Source: an uncultured Bacilli bacterium
Lineage (GTDB): Bacteria; Bacillota_I; Bacilli_A; RF39; UBA660
Assembly (NCBI GenBank): GCA_944358235.1
Contig: CALVQL010000002.1
Coordinates: 1-44,892 of the forward strand
Length of the DNA: 44,892 bases
Reading direction: 5' to 3'
Translations under genes and position numbers: made by a program
The notes under the pieces: generated by a model
Database searches by the model: none
Seen by the model: only the letters and a program-made list of their open reading frames with translations
What the model was told of the DNA's origin: nothing
Shown here: positions 26,412-36,302 of the stretch, one piece after another
Position numbering within the stretch: the first letter of the stretch is position 1
Layout: each line of letters begins with the position of its first letter

Positions 26412-27005
26412 TCAAGGGATATAAATAGAATTTATCATATAATCCATACGATATGATAAAGTCCCTAGAGATGCAGTATCTTCCGTTATACATTTAGTAA
26501 CTCGAAGATAAACGTTATTACCTCTTAAAAAGGTATAAGTATAAGTATAACCATCTAATTCGTTGGCAGCATTATAATCAACAGAATTAGTGTATTTTTC
26601 ATATTCGGCAAAATAATCTTCGGCAGAAAGGTTTTCTATTTCAATAGTAATCGAATTATCGCTATTATTTAATAATACCAAAGAATTGTTTCCCATCTTA
26701 ACCGGGTTAAAGTTTTCGACATCATAATCAATTCGATAATTGTTAGTAGACACATAAGTTCTTAAAACGACGACTTCTTCTTGTCCATTTAATGATAAAG
26801 TCTTTTCCCGTTCATCGAATGTATAGTCATTCGTCACTCTTTTAGTTGTAGTCGTCGTCAGAGGAGTTCGAGTCGTAGTAGTTGGTGAGGTTTCTAAACG
26901 ATGATTATTAAGAGCGACGATATTGAATACTAATAGAATAATCGATAGCATTATTACTAAAAAAATCGTCAATATTTTATAACGTAGCACCTCATCCTGT
27001 TTCAT
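26412..27005 (-). CDS. Membrane-anchored protein with a Thr-rich linker, function unknown
   Basis: 197 aa. TM (ILTIFLVIMLSIILLVFNIVAL), linker SPTTTTRTPLTTTTTKR, then a ~135-aa beta-rich domain. GGTG RBS. Confidence 0.6.
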   Translation of the reverse strand: MKQDEVLRYKILTIFLVIMLSIILLVFNIVALNNHRLETSPTTTTRTPLTTTTTKRVTNDYTFDEREKTLSLNGQEEVVVLRTYVSTNNYRIDYDVENFNPVKMGNNSLVLLNNSDNSITIEIENLSAEDYFAEYEKYTNSVDYNAANELDGYTYTYTFLRGNNVYLRVTKCITEDTASLGTLSYRMDYMINSIYIP

Positions 27006-27029
27006 ATTTCACCTACTTTTCTAAAGAGA

Positions 27030-28157
27030 TTATTTGGTCAAATTATGCAATTCATTATAATGTTTATCAAAACTTTCAATAAATTCCGTGATTTCTGAAG
27101 GCATAGTCATATGGGATATACTTATTCGAATCGTCGTCTCGGCACGTTTTGAATCTTTATACATATTCATTACAGCTTGACTTGGTGCTCCTTTGGAACA
27201 GGCTGTATTGCTCGATACATAAACCTCATCTTTTTCGAGAGCATGGATGAATGTTTCGGGCTTGATATCCATCAGACTGATATTGAGAATATGGGGGATA
27301 CAATATTTACTCGAATTTATCTTTATATCCGGATAACTCGAAAGATGAGCTACTATTTTTTCGTTGTATTTACGAACAGTTTCTTCTTTTTTGGTAAGGT
27401 CTTTTAGTGCTAAACGTAAAGCTTTAGCAAAAGATACAATCAAAGGTAATGGAGGTGTACCTGGCACTAGTTCTCCTTCTTTAGCACCATATAAAAGGGG
27501 CGTTAAGACGAGATTTCGCGTTTTATAAAGAATTCCGATCCCTTTAGGTCCATATATCTTATGTCCCGATATGCTAGCTAAATCGACATCATAAACGTTG
27601 ACATTGACTTTTCCTATCGCTTGAGTCATATCACTATGAAAGATACAATTTTCATTATTCTTACGAATTACTTGGCGAACTGTCTTGAGAGGTTGGCGCA
27701 CTCCTGTTTCCGAGTTGACAGCACAGACACTTACAAGGATAGTATCTTTATGAACTTTGCGCTTTAAATCCTCAAAATCAATGACACCTTCTTCAGTGAC
27801 ATCGATATAATCGATCGAAAAACCGAGTTTTTCTAAGTAACGACAAATACCATATATACTCGGATGTTCCATCTTCGAAACAGCAATACGTTTACCATAA
27901 CGACTATATGTCAAAGCCGTTCCGATAAGGGCCAAGTTATTCGCTTCAGTTGAACCGGAAGTATAGACAAATTCCGTTTCTTTAATACTCAAAAGATCAG
28001 CAATCTGTTTAGTCGCGCTATTCAATAGTTCTTGAGATTTTACACCTAAACTATGCAAACTGTTAGGATTGCCAAAATACTCTTCTGTAACTTTATTATA
28101 ACTATCTAATACTTCAGGTAAGACAGGTGTCGTTGCCGAATAATCTAAATAAACCAT
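27030..28157 (-). CDS. Cysteine desulfurase (class V aminotransferase, NifS/IscS-like)
   Basis: 375 aa. PLP-lysine motif SGHKIYGPKGIG and active-site Cys loop VSSNTACSKG. The ezrA-adjacent position matches Bacillus. Confidence 0.85.
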   Translation of the reverse strand: MVYLDYSATTPVLPEVLDSYNKVTEEYFGNPNSLHSLGVKSQELLNSATKQIADLLSIKETEFVYTSGSTEANNLALIGTALTYSRYGKRIAVSKMEHPSIYGICRYLEKLGFSIDYIDVTEEGVIDFEDLKRKVHKDTILVSVCAVNSETGVRQPLKTVRQVIRKNNENCIFHSDMTQAIGKVNVNVYDVDLASISGHKIYGPKGIGILYKTRNLVLTPLLYGAKEGELVPGTPPLPLIVSFAKALRLALKDLTKKEETVRKYNEKIVAHLSSYPDIKINSSKYCIPHILNISLMDIKPETFIHALEKDEVYVSSNTACSKGAPSQAVMNMYKDSKRAETTIRISISHMTMPSEITEFIESFDKHYNELHNLTK

Positions 28158-28168
28158 ATATTCACCTC

Positions 28169-29896
28169 TTATTTTTCTTTCTGATAAGCTTCTAGTAAAC
28201 GCTTATGAATTCCTGGCTCAATGACATTTATCGCATTTATCGCATATTCTAGACTACTCTTGAAATTTCCTTTAAAGAAATCACGCTCTGCTTTCGTTAG
28301 TCCATTATCGATACTCGCATTTATTGCTCGATAGCGATTGCCATAGACAATAGCATTTTCCGCCATCGAAGCCGTTTTTACTATTTCTAAAGACGTATTA
28401 TAAACTTTTAAAACTAAATCACGAGCAGTATCAACACGCGTGTTTAAAGTCTTAATCGAAATGGGTTTCTTTTCTAATTCGATGATCATTTCACGCATCG
28501 CCTCATTAGCCTCTTCTAATTCTACATAATAGTTTTTAGGAATTATCGGAAGTTTAAATGATGCCATGTGACTTTTTGCTTGTTTGACAATATCTTTTAT
28601 TTCATCGAGTTGTTCACGGGCACGAATTTCATCTTCTTTTAATGATCCTAGGCTTCGCAATGTATAATCCAGTTTTTCCTCTGCTTTGACAAGACGCAAA
28701 TTAATTTTCTCCATTTCCTTACTCAAACGCGAGTAAGCTGTATTCTTCTCACGAAAAGTTGCAACAACTTGATCGTATAACTCTTCACATGATTGAACCT
28801 CATCGTGAAGTTCCCCAATAATTTTGACATCATCATCAGTTAGATCATAACTATATTTGATATCGTCTAATTTGCTAGAGATACTATTGATAATCTTCTT
28901 CATCTTCTTACATTTCAATATCACACTGCGCAAATATTCATCGAAGACTTTTTTAGCAATTTTTTCCTTATCAAAATCATTATACAAGCGATCAAAATAA
29001 TCGAGGATCGTCTTAAGTTCAAAAATTGAATCTTCGAGATTTAAGACATTTAGACGGTCGAAGACATCGGCGACTTTTTTTTCGGATTCACTGATATTGT
29101 ATTCTATATTTAAATAGTCGAGATTATACCCTTCACTTACCATCTTATCATATATCTTACTGACTTCTTTGATGCGATTTGGAATTAAACTTTTTCCCAT
29201 CAAAATAATCGAAGGTGCCTCTTCTATGACAATTTTCAGATTCCCTATTGTATCATCGAGGGCTTTGACAATCTTCCCGACTTCGGAATAGACGTTATTT
29301 TCCATAGCCATTTCAAAAGCACTGAATAATTTGTCGACATTTTCAAACTGTAATTCGAGAGGAACTTGAATGAGAGAATAGTCCTCTTTATTATTGTTAT
29401 TATATTGTAAGAATATCGTACGATATTCGCTTTTTAATTTCGTAACAATCTCACGATTTTTCTGTTCAGAAAGAGTTATCTCTTTGATATCATCGAGAAG
29501 TTTTTGCGCTTTACTTTTCGCAATATATATATCAAATTCGATATTAGCAAGACGATTATTGACGTCATTAAACTTACTTACGGAAAAAGTTTCTTCAGCT
29601 GCAATAAGATCGTCCGTAATCTTAGGAACATCGTGATCTTTTAAATCCTTAAATAGTTCCTTCCAATAATTATATTTATCTTCTAGATCTTTATTGTTTA
29701 TCAGAGATTCGACTTTATTTAACTCGCTTAAAATCGATCCACTTATAATTAGATTCTTATTTCTTTCCAAATTGACGACAGTTTCAGAATATTGTTTCTT
29801 TATGTTTTTAATAATTATTACGAGCATCGTTATGACGACACCAATAGTTATTATTACATAAGCAATTGTAATCAAAGAAGCTAACTGTTCACTCAT
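28169..29896 (-). CDS. ezrA: Septation ring formation regulator EzrA
   Basis: 575 aa. N-terminal TM (LITIAYVIITIGVVITMLVIII), long coiled-coil body, conserved C-terminal patch IVYGNRYR (B. subtilis IQFGNRYR). Confidence 0.85.
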   Translation of the reverse strand: MSEQLASLITIAYVIITIGVVITMLVIIIKNIKKQYSETVVNLERNKNLIISGSILSELNKVESLINNKDLEDKYNYWKELFKDLKDHDVPKITDDLIAAEETFSVSKFNDVNNRLANIEFDIYIAKSKAQKLLDDIKEITLSEQKNREIVTKLKSEYRTIFLQYNNNNKEDYSLIQVPLELQFENVDKLFSAFEMAMENNVYSEVGKIVKALDDTIGNLKIVIEEAPSIILMGKSLIPNRIKEVSKIYDKMVSEGYNLDYLNIEYNISESEKKVADVFDRLNVLNLEDSIFELKTILDYFDRLYNDFDKEKIAKKVFDEYLRSVILKCKKMKKIINSISSKLDDIKYSYDLTDDDVKIIGELHDEVQSCEELYDQVVATFREKNTAYSRLSKEMEKINLRLVKAEEKLDYTLRSLGSLKEDEIRAREQLDEIKDIVKQAKSHMASFKLPIIPKNYYVELEEANEAMREMIIELEKKPISIKTLNTRVDTARDLVLKVYNTSLEIVKTASMAENAIVYGNRYRAINASIDNGLTKAERDFFKGNFKSSLEYAINAINVIEPGIHKRLLEAYQKEK

Positions 29897-29935
29897 AACA
29901 ACACTCCTATCGTATCTATAATTATACCATATAAA

Positions 29936-29961
29936 AAGTAAAATAAATACCTATTTTACTT
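29936..29961 (-). terminator. Rho-independent terminator after mutM
   Basis: Minus strand: AAGTAAAAT-aggtattt-ATTTTACTT followed by TTTATAT. An extended -10 (TGgTATAAT, 29929-29921) for ezrA follows. Confidence 0.55.
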
Positions 29962-30780
29962 AAGTTTTTGACAATTAGGACAATAATAAGTTCCTCTTCC
30001 ACCGACGCGTATTTTTTCAATTGTGGTTCCACAATCAGGGCAAGGCTCATTATCATGAGTATGAACTTTTAAGTTATCCTGATAATGACCCGTTACACCA
30101 AGACTCGAAGTATAACTTCGGATAGTCGTTCCTCCCAGAGATGTAGCAAGCTTGATAATTCGCGCGGCATTTTTACAGATGGCACTACATTCTTCAAGAC
30201 TTATATCGCTTCCTTTTTTCAAGGGATTTATTTTCGCTGCAAATAAAACTTCATCGACATAAATATTACCCAATCCATTTATAATACTCTGATCGAGCAG
30301 AAGAGTTTTTATCGGCAACGTTCGTTTTTTTAACGCGTCATACAGATAGTTACTACTCAATTTATCATCATCTGGTTCGATACCAAGTTTCGAAATTTCT
30401 GGTGTCTTATAAATATCCTCTGTCTTGACCAAATGCATACGACCGAATTTACGGGTATCGTGATAGCGGAGATCGTGGCCATTATCCAAATGAAAAATAA
30501 TGTGTTCGTGCTTTTCAATCGGATCACTACTATCCTTTAAAAAATATTTTCCCTCCATTCTAAGATGGCTCAAAATGGTCAAATCGTCCAAGTGAATGAA
30601 CATCCACTTACCAAAGTTATCAACTCCCGTAATACGCCGATTAAGAAGCGCATTTTTAAACTCTAAAGGATTCCCTTCAATAATACGAGAATACGGCATC
30701 TCGATATCGATAATTTTTCTTCCAACCAGTTGTCTATTTAATGTACTGGCAACTGTACGTACTTCTGCAATTTCTGGCAT
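29956..30780 (-). CDS. mutM: Formamidopyrimidine-DNA glycosylase
   Basis: 274 aa. N-terminal MPEIAEV (catalytic Pro2/Glu3), H2TH region, C-terminal zinc finger CPDCGTTIEKIRVGGRGTYYCPNCQ. The GGAGGTG RBS sits 17 nt after the polA stop. Confidence 0.9.
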   Translation of the reverse strand: MPEIAEVRTVASTLNRQLVGRKIIDIEMPYSRIIEGNPLEFKNALLNRRITGVDNFGKWMFIHLDDLTILSHLRMEGKYFLKDSSDPIEKHEHIIFHLDNGHDLRYHDTRKFGRMHLVKTEDIYKTPEISKLGIEPDDDKLSSNYLYDALKKRTLPIKTLLLDQSIINGLGNIYVDEVLFAAKINPLKKGSDISLEECSAICKNAARIIKLATSLGGTTIRSYTSSLGVTGHYQDNLKVHTHDNEPCPDCGTTIEKIRVGGRGTYYCPNCQKLK

Positions 30781-30797
30781 ACTTCACCTCCTAGCAT

Positions 30798-33347
30798 CTA
30801 TTTAGTCGAATATAAGTCTTTTCCAAAATCAGTACTTACTTTTAATGGGACGGACAGTTTAACGGTACTTTCCATAATCGTCTTGACGATATCGGTTACT
30901 TTCTCTTTTTCTTCGGCGAGTACATCGAATACTAATTCGTCATGAATCTGTAAGAGCATTTTGCTTTTAACGTTATTGACTTCAAAGGCCTTATCAATTT
31001 CAACCATAGCTTTTTTTATAATATCAGCACTAGTCCCTTGGATTGGCGTGTTAAGCGCGATTCGTTCTCCTTGAGATCTAATCATATAGTTTTTGTTAAA
31101 TAGTTCATCGATATGACGTTTTCGATTGAATAATGTACGGACATAGCCACAGTCATATGCATCTTTAACAATAAGATCCATATATTTTTTTACTCCAGGA
31201 TACAATTCATAATACTTATCGATAAATTTCTTTGCTTCTTTAGGAGTTATACCGATGTTTTCTCCTAAACCAAAGCCACTTATTCCATAGACGATACCAA
31301 ATATTACCGCTTTAGCCATGCTACGTTCTTTTTTCGTTACCTCTTCTTTCGGCTTATTGAATATATCAGCGGCTACTTTCGTATGAATATCATCACCATC
31401 GATGAAGGCTTGAATCAATTCTTGAGACTGAGAGATATGTGCAAGTATTCTAAGTTCAATTTGCGAATAATCAGCTGATAAGAATTCATCAAATTCGGGA
31501 ATAAAAGCTTTACGAACTAGTTTTCCAAGTTCATCACGCGCTGGGATATTTTGCATGTTAGGATCTATCGAGGAAAGACGCCCTGTACGCGTCAAAGTCT
31601 GCTTATAAATCGTGTGTATCTTACCGTCAGCTAAGATATATTTGTTAAGTCCTTCGAGATATGTGCTATATAATTTGGTCATATTACGGTATTCCAAGAT
31701 TAGCGGAATCACCGGATGGTTTGATGCGAGTTTTTCCAAGACTTCCGCTCCGGTTTTATACCCAGTCGCTCCTTTTTTTCCATGTGGAAGTCCAAGACGC
31801 TCAAATAATATTTCTCCTAATTGTTTTGGTGAAGATATATTAAAAATACAACCACATAATTGATATATTTCATTACTTAATTTATCGATCTTTTTTTTTG
31901 CTTCTTCACGCATCTTAGCTAGTATATCAGCATCACAGCGAATACCATTATGCTCCATTTTAGCTAAGACAGAAATTAAAGGGAATTCGATATCTTCATA
32001 CAAATCATACATACTTTCCGAACGAAGATCAGCAATATAATCATCATGAGTATCAAAGATAAATTTAGCTTTTCTAGCTACTATCGGTCCGATATCCAAC
32101 TTATTTTTTATGATATCATGATAAAAATCCATCGTTATCCCATTATTATTCATAAGTACAGCGATATCATCTTTAGTCGTTTGATTTAAAAGATAGGCTG
32201 CTAAATTCAAGTCATATATCGTATTAGTTTGAAAGTCGTCTAACAAGATTATATTCTTCTTTAAATCAAAAGTGTATTTAACCGTATCACGCGTATAATC
32301 CATTACTTCTTTTATCATAGCATTAGGGACATAATATGCATTAGTCCCATCATATAATCCCATACCTAATATCGTTGCCGTATGATAGTTTTCATTATCA
32401 CACTCGATATAATAAGCGATTTGTCGATCGAGTTTAAGCGCTTTTACGTCATTCAGTTCGCTAAAAGTAAAGTCATCAGTAATAACTGGTTTCTTAAAGT
32501 CGCTCATGAGTGAATAAAATTCCAGTTCACGATAGAAATCATTCAACTTATCAGTCGGACCTACATATTTCATATCTTCAAAATCATCAGTTATTGGCAC
32601 ATCACAACAAATTGTTGCGAGATCCTTACTCATAAAAGCAGTATCGCGATCATTTAATAATTTTTCCTTCAATTTTCCACTAACTGATTCGATATTAGCA
32701 TACAGATTTTCCAAAGTTTCGTACTCTCTAAGCAATTTGAGAGCCGTCTTCTCACCGACACCAGCAACCCCTGGAATATTATCTGATGAATCACCCATTA
32801 AAGCTTTTAAATCGATAACATGTATCGGGGTAATACCATACTCTTCATAGAAGTTTGATGGCGTATATCTCGTAAAGCCCTTACTCTGAAGCAATTTAAC
32901 AGATATATTGTCATCTATTAATTGTAAGTAATCATGATCACTCGTGACGAGAACCACTGACCATTCATTCGATGAAGAAGCCCTTTTAGCGAGAGTTCCA
33001 ACAATATCATCGGCTTCATAATTAGCAATTTCATAATGCTTTATTCCCATGGCATCTAATAATTCACGAGCAATTGGCATCTGTTCTTTTAAATCATCAG
33101 GAGTTTCCATACGTCCTGCTTTATAATCCTTATAGCTTTCATGGCGAAAGCTCTTTCCAATATCAAATGCAACAGCCATATATTCGGGGTATTCTTCGGC
33201 AATTATCTTATTTAGCATATTAGCAAAGCCATAAAGGGCATTCGTCGTAAGTCCTTTAGAATTTTTCATAATATTTCCAGTATATGCTGTCGCATAATAA
33301 CTACGAAACATCAAATTGTTGCCATCAATTAATATTAACTTTTTCAT
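30798..33347 (-). CDS. polA: DNA polymerase I
   Basis: 849 aa. 5'-nuclease N-terminus MKKLILIDGNNLMFRSYYA, pol motif A (LSADYSQIELRILAH), motif B (RSMAKAVIFGIVYG), motif C (LQIHDELVFD). Confidence 0.93.
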   Translation of the reverse strand: MKKLILIDGNNLMFRSYYATAYTGNIMKNSKGLTTNALYGFANMLNKIIAEEYPEYMAVAFDIGKSFRHESYKDYKAGRMETPDDLKEQMPIARELLDAMGIKHYEIANYEADDIVGTLAKRASSSNEWSVVLVTSDHDYLQLIDDNISVKLLQSKGFTRYTPSNFYEEYGITPIHVIDLKALMGDSSDNIPGVAGVGEKTALKLLREYETLENLYANIESVSGKLKEKLLNDRDTAFMSKDLATICCDVPITDDFEDMKYVGPTDKLNDFYRELEFYSLMSDFKKPVITDDFTFSELNDVKALKLDRQIAYYIECDNENYHTATILGMGLYDGTNAYYVPNAMIKEVMDYTRDTVKYTFDLKKNIILLDDFQTNTIYDLNLAAYLLNQTTKDDIAVLMNNNGITMDFYHDIIKNKLDIGPIVARKAKFIFDTHDDYIADLRSESMYDLYEDIEFPLISVLAKMEHNGIRCDADILAKMREEAKKKIDKLSNEIYQLCGCIFNISSPKQLGEILFERLGLPHGKKGATGYKTGAEVLEKLASNHPVIPLILEYRNMTKLYSTYLEGLNKYILADGKIHTIYKQTLTRTGRLSSIDPNMQNIPARDELGKLVRKAFIPEFDEFLSADYSQIELRILAHISQSQELIQAFIDGDDIHTKVAADIFNKPKEEVTKKERSMAKAVIFGIVYGISGFGLGENIGITPKEAKKFIDKYYELYPGVKKYMDLIVKDAYDCGYVRTLFNRKRHIDELFNKNYMIRSQGERIALNTPIQGTSADIIKKAMVEIDKAFEVNNVKSKMLLQIHDELVFDVLAEEKEKVTDIVKTIMESTVKLSVPLKVSTDFGKDLYSTK

Positions 33348-33433
33348 CGTATCACCTTGTATTTATTATAACAATTTTTAATATATTTATCTATTATAAA
33401 AGCGTTTGGCGAATTTGCCAATAAAAAAATCAG

Positions 33434-33694
33434 CTATTGCTGATCAAGTGGTCTAAAAAACTCCCGAATGTCGACATCTAATACTTGAGCTAATTTCCAA
33501 ATAGTTCCGAGTGCAAATGTCTGGTGATATTTTGGACTTTCCATATTCATGATAAACCCGACGGAATAGCGACTTTCTTTAGCGACTTCTTTGGCAGGGA
33601 TATTTTTTTCTTTGCGAATTCGCTTAAGATTTTGGCCGACTAGATAATAAACGTAGTTCTCATCGCTTGTGTCCAATATATCACCACCATTCAT
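33434..33694 (-). CDS. XRE-family helix-turn-helix transcriptional regulator
   Basis: 86 aa. VGQNLKRIRKEKNIPAKEVAKESRYSVGFIMNME is an HTH_3-like pattern. Confidence 0.6.
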   Translation of the reverse strand: MNGGDILDTSDENYVYYLVGQNLKRIRKEKNIPAKEVAKESRYSVGFIMNMESPKYHQTFALGTIWKLAQVLDVDIREFFRPLDQQ

Positions 33695-33745
33695 TATAAT
33701 TTTATAAGAAAAACAGCATTTGTTGTTTCAGCAGTTCGGTGATGC

Positions 33746-34438
33746 CTAGCTTTCGATAGTTGCCTTAATTCTACTGATGATTTTCTTCTCGATACGGGAT
33801 ATATAACTCTGAGAAATTCCTAACATATTGGCAACTTCTTTTTGAGTATATTCATCAGTATTATTTAAGCCATATCGTAAAGTCATGATTAATTTTTCAC
33901 GGTCGTTTAAATTATTAAGTTCTTGTTCTAAGAAGCGTTTATCAATATCACGTTCAAAGGATTTAGCGACAATATCTTCATCAGTTCCTAAAATATCTTC
34001 AAGACATAGTGTATTCCCTTCAGCATCAAAATTTAATGTATCTTCGAAACTGATTTCCGTCTTACGTTTTTTGTTCTTTCTTAAAAACATTAAAATTTCA
34101 TTAGAAATACAACGAGAAACATACGTTGCCAGTTTGATATTTTTATCAACTTTATAAGTGTTTATCCCTTTAATCAAACCGACAGAACCTATTGAAACAA
34201 GATCTTCGATATCATATCCAGTATTCTCATATTTTTTAGCTAAAAAGACGACAAGACGTAAGTTATGTTCGATCAATTTATTACGCGCTTCGATATCTCC
34301 TGCTGAAGATGCACGCGCCAGATTAAGTTCTTCTTCTTTACTAAGTGGCGGCGGTAAAATATCCGTACTACCTATAAATAGACAGATGTTTTTTTCTTTT
34401 AAAAAAGAAAGTATTTTTTCGATTAGTTTTTTTATCAT
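33746..34438 (-). CDS. sigE: Sporulation sigma factor E precursor (pro-sigma-E)
   Basis: 230 aa. Pro-sequence then LPPPLSKEEE, NLRLVVFLAKKYENTGYDIEDLVSIGSVGLIKGINTY, KLATYVSRCISNEILMFLRK. ATGA overlap with the spoIIGA stop. Confidence 0.88.
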   Translation of the reverse strand: MIKKLIEKILSFLKEKNICLFIGSTDILPPPLSKEEELNLARASSAGDIEARNKLIEHNLRLVVFLAKKYENTGYDIEDLVSIGSVGLIKGINTYKVDKNIKLATYVSRCISNEILMFLRKNKKRKTEISFEDTLNFDAEGNTLCLEDILGTDEDIVAKSFERDIDKRFLEQELNNLNDREKLIMTLRYGLNNTDEYTQKEVANMLGISQSYISRIEKKIISRIKATIES

Positions 34439-35163
34439 AGTATCTCCCTCAAATTTTCATTTAATATCACATCTACTCCATCGATAAATACTTCATTGTC
34501 AACTTGTCCTAGTAAAACTTTCACCTCCTTATTGTCGATAATCACTTTATTTACCATCACACATTCTAGTAAACTAGAAGCGTTGACGACTTTATATGGA
34601 ACAAGAAATTTCTTTTTGCTTTTGATGACAAGATTTTTGCTGATTAGTATTACGGGATATTTCGTAATAGGATCGACTAGAGTATTTCCGGTATCCATAT
34701 ATCCCGTTAATTTATATGTTTCTTTGCCATCAATGATGATTACATCATGATGTTTTGTATACTTAAGTTTATATTCCCGTTGACTCTTAATATATAAAAA
34801 AATGATGATGGGACTTATTATAGCTAAAGCGATAATGTTTATCTCGTAGGCATTGCCGGTAAGTAAATATTGGCTTCCGCCGAGAATAATCGTAATGATA
34901 TAAAAGTAAAAAATATTATCTTTTAAATTTTTGGGTCCAAAAGTTACTACATTCATCGCAATACTGGTAATAATCTTAAAAAAAAGTAGGACGATACTTT
35001 CTAATTCTAAAAACATCACACACATACTACTAGCACCGATAAGACATCCAAAAATAATCTTTTTTAACGAAGCATTGCGCTTTAAAAGCACCGATACCGA
35101 ACACAATATAAGAAAATCGTAAAGGAAATTTATTATAAAGATGAGATCGACATAGACTTTCAT
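34435..35163 (-). CDS. spoIIGA: Sigma-E processing aspartic peptidase SpoIIGA
   Basis: 242 aa. Five TM helices starting MKVYVDLIFIINFLYDFLILCSV. Catalytic GYMDTGNTLVDPITKYPVI (DTGN). Confidence 0.88.
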   Translation of the reverse strand: MKVYVDLIFIINFLYDFLILCSVSVLLKRNASLKKIIFGCLIGASSMCVMFLELESIVLLFFKIITSIAMNVVTFGPKNLKDNIFYFYIITIILGGSQYLLTGNAYEINIIALAIISPIIIFLYIKSQREYKLKYTKHHDVIIIDGKETYKLTGYMDTGNTLVDPITKYPVILISKNLVIKSKKKFLVPYKVVNASSLLECVMVNKVIIDNKEVKVLLGQVDNEVFIDGVDVILNENLREIL

Positions 35164-35183
35164 ACCATCACCATTTATAGTAT

Positions 35184-35210
35184 AAAAAAAGACAAGTACG
35201 AAACTTGTCT
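35184..35210 (-). terminator. Rho-independent terminator after ftsZ
   Basis: Minus strand: AGACAAGT-ttcgt-ACTTGTCT followed by TTTTTTTAT. Confidence 0.75.
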
Positions 35211-35224
35211 AAACTTGCTAATAA

Positions 35225-36292
35225 TTAAATATTATCACGATCTCTTAAGAATGGTGGAATATCATATTCTTCATCGATAACGCTAACTGGTTTACGCATC
35301 TGAGCGGGTTCACTATAATCAGGATATCCTCCCGTAGTATCACCTTCATCTTCAAATCCTGTAGCGATAACTGTAACGATTACCTCGTCATTCAAATTCT
35401 CATTGATAACAGCACCAAATATGATATTGATATCCGTATTGGCACTAGCTCGAACAACTTCAGCAGCATCTTCGGCTTCAAATAGTGTAAGAGAACTTCC
35501 ACCAGTTACATTTATTATGGCATCAGTCGCTCCTTCAATACTCGTTTCAAGTAGCGGCGAAGAAACAGCTTGTTTAGCAGCTTCAATCGCACGATCTTCA
35601 CCGACTCCTAAACCGATTCCGATAAGAGCATTTCCACGTTTTTCCATAACTGCTTTGACATCGGCAAAGTCGAGGTTTACTAGACCTGATACAGCAATAA
35701 GATCAGAAATAGATTGAACACCACGATGTAAGACATTATCGACTTCTTTGAAGGCCTCAAGCATTGGAGTTGACTTATCGATAATATCACGTAAACGGTC
35801 ATTTGGTATTACAATCAATGTATCGACGTGTTTTTTTAATTCATCGAGTCCAATTATAGCTTGTTCCATACGACGCTTTCCTTCAAAACGGAATGGTTTA
35901 GTTACAATTCCAACTGTCAAAGCTCCTAAATCTTGAGCGATTTCAGCGATGACTGGTGAAGCACCAGTTCCTGTTCCGCCACCCATACCACAGGTTACGA
36001 AGACCATGTCAGCTCCATCAAGTGCTGCTCTTATCTCATCTTTGCTTTCCAAAGCAGCTTCACGTCCTATTTCTGGATTTGCTCCAGCTCCAAGGCCATT
36101 AGTTATCGAATTACCAATTTGTAATTTATGTTCTGCATGTGATGCATTTAAAACTTGTAAATCAGTATTTGCAACGATAAATTCAACACCCTTAACCCCC
36201 GAATCTATCATACGATTAACGGCATTACATCCGCCACCGCCAACACCAATAACTTTGATTTTAGCGATTTGATCCATCTCTAATCCGTTCAT
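35225..36292 (-). CDS. ftsZ: Cell division GTPase FtsZ
   Basis: 355 aa. [13 protein letters not shown], tubulin signature GGGTGTG, C-terminal peptide DIPPFLR. AGGAGG RBS. Confidence 0.97.
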   Translation of the reverse strand: MNGLEMDQIAKIKVIGVGGGGCNAVNRMIDSGVKGVEFIVANTDLQVLNASHAEHKLQIGNSITNGLGAGANPEIGREAALESKDEIRAALDGADMVFVTCGMGGGTGTGASPVIAEIAQDLGALTVGIVTKPFRFEGKRRMEQAIIGLDELKKHVDTLIVIPNDRLRDIIDKSTPMLEAFKEVDNVLHRGVQSISDLIAVSGLVNLDFADVKAVMEKRGNALIGIGLGVGEDRAIEAAKQAVSSPLLETSIEGATDAIINVTGGSSLTLFEAEDAAEVVRASANTDINIIFGAVINENLNDEVIVTVIATGFEDEGDTTGGYPDYSEPAQMRKPVSVIDEEYDIPPFLRDRDNI

Positions 36293-36302
36293 TTACATCC
36301 TC

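Noticed and set aside
20675-35163. sigG lies ~12 kb away from spoIIGA-sigE, with polA, mutM, ezrA, gltX and other genes in between. In B. subtilis the spoIIGA-sigE-sigG genes are contiguous.
   Set aside because: It is a real synteny difference. However, the intervening genes are ordinary core genes with no mobile-element signature, so this looks like lineage-specific rearrangement rather than a feature of interest.
35164-35224. Spo0A boxes (TGTCGAA) expected near a spoIIGA promoter.
   Set aside because: No match within one mismatch occurs in the ftsZ-spoIIGA gap, which is mostly taken up by the ftsZ terminator. The promoter may lie partly elsewhere and cannot be called from sequence alone.
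35403-36272. Four plus-strand ORFs (35403..35717, 35748..35936, 35949..36272 and neighbours) with Ala/Ser/Pro-rich products inside ftsZ.
   Set aside because: They are antisense shadows of the Gly/Ala/Thr-rich ftsZ coding sequence. They have no RBS, and ftsZ on the minus strand is unambiguous.
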